A stretch of DNA of 64,000 nucleotides, from the NCBI GenBank assembly GCA_026770705.1, contig JANJGN010000026.1, positions 23,126,001-23,190,000 on the forward strand, given 5' to 3'. A program made the position numbers and the translations under genes. Source of the DNA: Isurus oxyrinchus (taxonomy: Eukaryota). Position 1 is the first letter of the stretch. Each line of letters starts with the position of its first letter. The notes under the pieces are model-generated. The model was not told the DNA's origin and ran no database searches. It worked only from the letters and a program-made list of their open reading frames with translations. Below are positions 63,404-64,000 of this stretch, piece by piece.

Positions 63404-64000
63404 AGGTCCAATCTGCTTTTGGGCCTGCCGGATCGTCCAGCCACATCAATGATGCAGTTGACATCACCACCCAGAATGACCGGCCTGGAGGTTGCCAGAA
63501 GCATTGGGAGCTGCTGAAAAACCTCCAGCCGCTCAGCCCCTTGTGACGGGGCTGGATAGTTGCGGGAGGGAAAGCAAAAGAGTCTAGGTTTGGGAAGAAT
63601 ATTTTGTGACCTATATATTTCTTATATTGGATAAGGGATAAGAAAGATCACTGACGAAAATATAAGCTGGAATCTATTTTTCTAATTGTTAATTAGGGGA
63701 GAACGCGAACGCAGTCCCCCACTACCATAAAATCTGCGGTCGAGTATCCCACAGTCAGGGACATCGCAGGCTTCAGCAGACCCAAAATGCAATGGGATAG
63801 CCTCGTCCTGGGAGGACAATCGCCATTACCAACGTCTCTTCTCCACCACCTAAATATGCTCAAAACTGTCATACGCTGCCAGCCGACATCAAGCACTACC
63901 TCTCATAGTCATTTTTAAAAATTATAACGTCAATCTGTTCATTACATTTTTCCATTAAATTGCTCAGTTTTTCGCATCTATTGTAGAATATGCTTAAATG

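Noticed and set aside
1-64000. D, J or constant-region segments
   Set aside because: No 12-RSS-flanked FGxG segment or C-domain exon was recognised; the alpha/delta assignment rests on V features and 23-RSS only.

Overview
Eukaryotic genomic DNA, most likely from a cartilaginous fish (shark-type Penelope, CR1/L2-group LINE, SINE and GPR139-like repeats). The window is part of an antigen-receptor variable-segment cluster, most consistent with the T-cell receptor alpha/delta locus. About 20 V segments or V relics (leader exon + intron + V exon + 23-bp-spacer RSS) lie on both strands; no D, J or C segments were recognised. Five segments look fully intact (8783+, 14016+, 29382-, 34765+, 45180-). 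One has an intact V exon but a problematic leader (38864-). The rest are pseudogenes or have defective leaders. The most striking signal is a four-member V subfamily in which the normally invariant first Cys (IMGT 23) is Phe/Tyr and the invariant Trp (IMGT 41) is Leu, although two members keep intact leader, splice sites, ORF and near-consensus RSS. Also present: inverted and direct segmental duplications, young Penelope retroelements carrying minimal hammerhead-ribozyme motifs, a tRNA-headed LINE with its SINE-like derivative, a solo LTR with TSD, a GPR139-like pseudogene, three decaying tRNA genes (one with an intron) and an 816-nt assembly gap. All calls were made by reading the sequence; no database searches were run.
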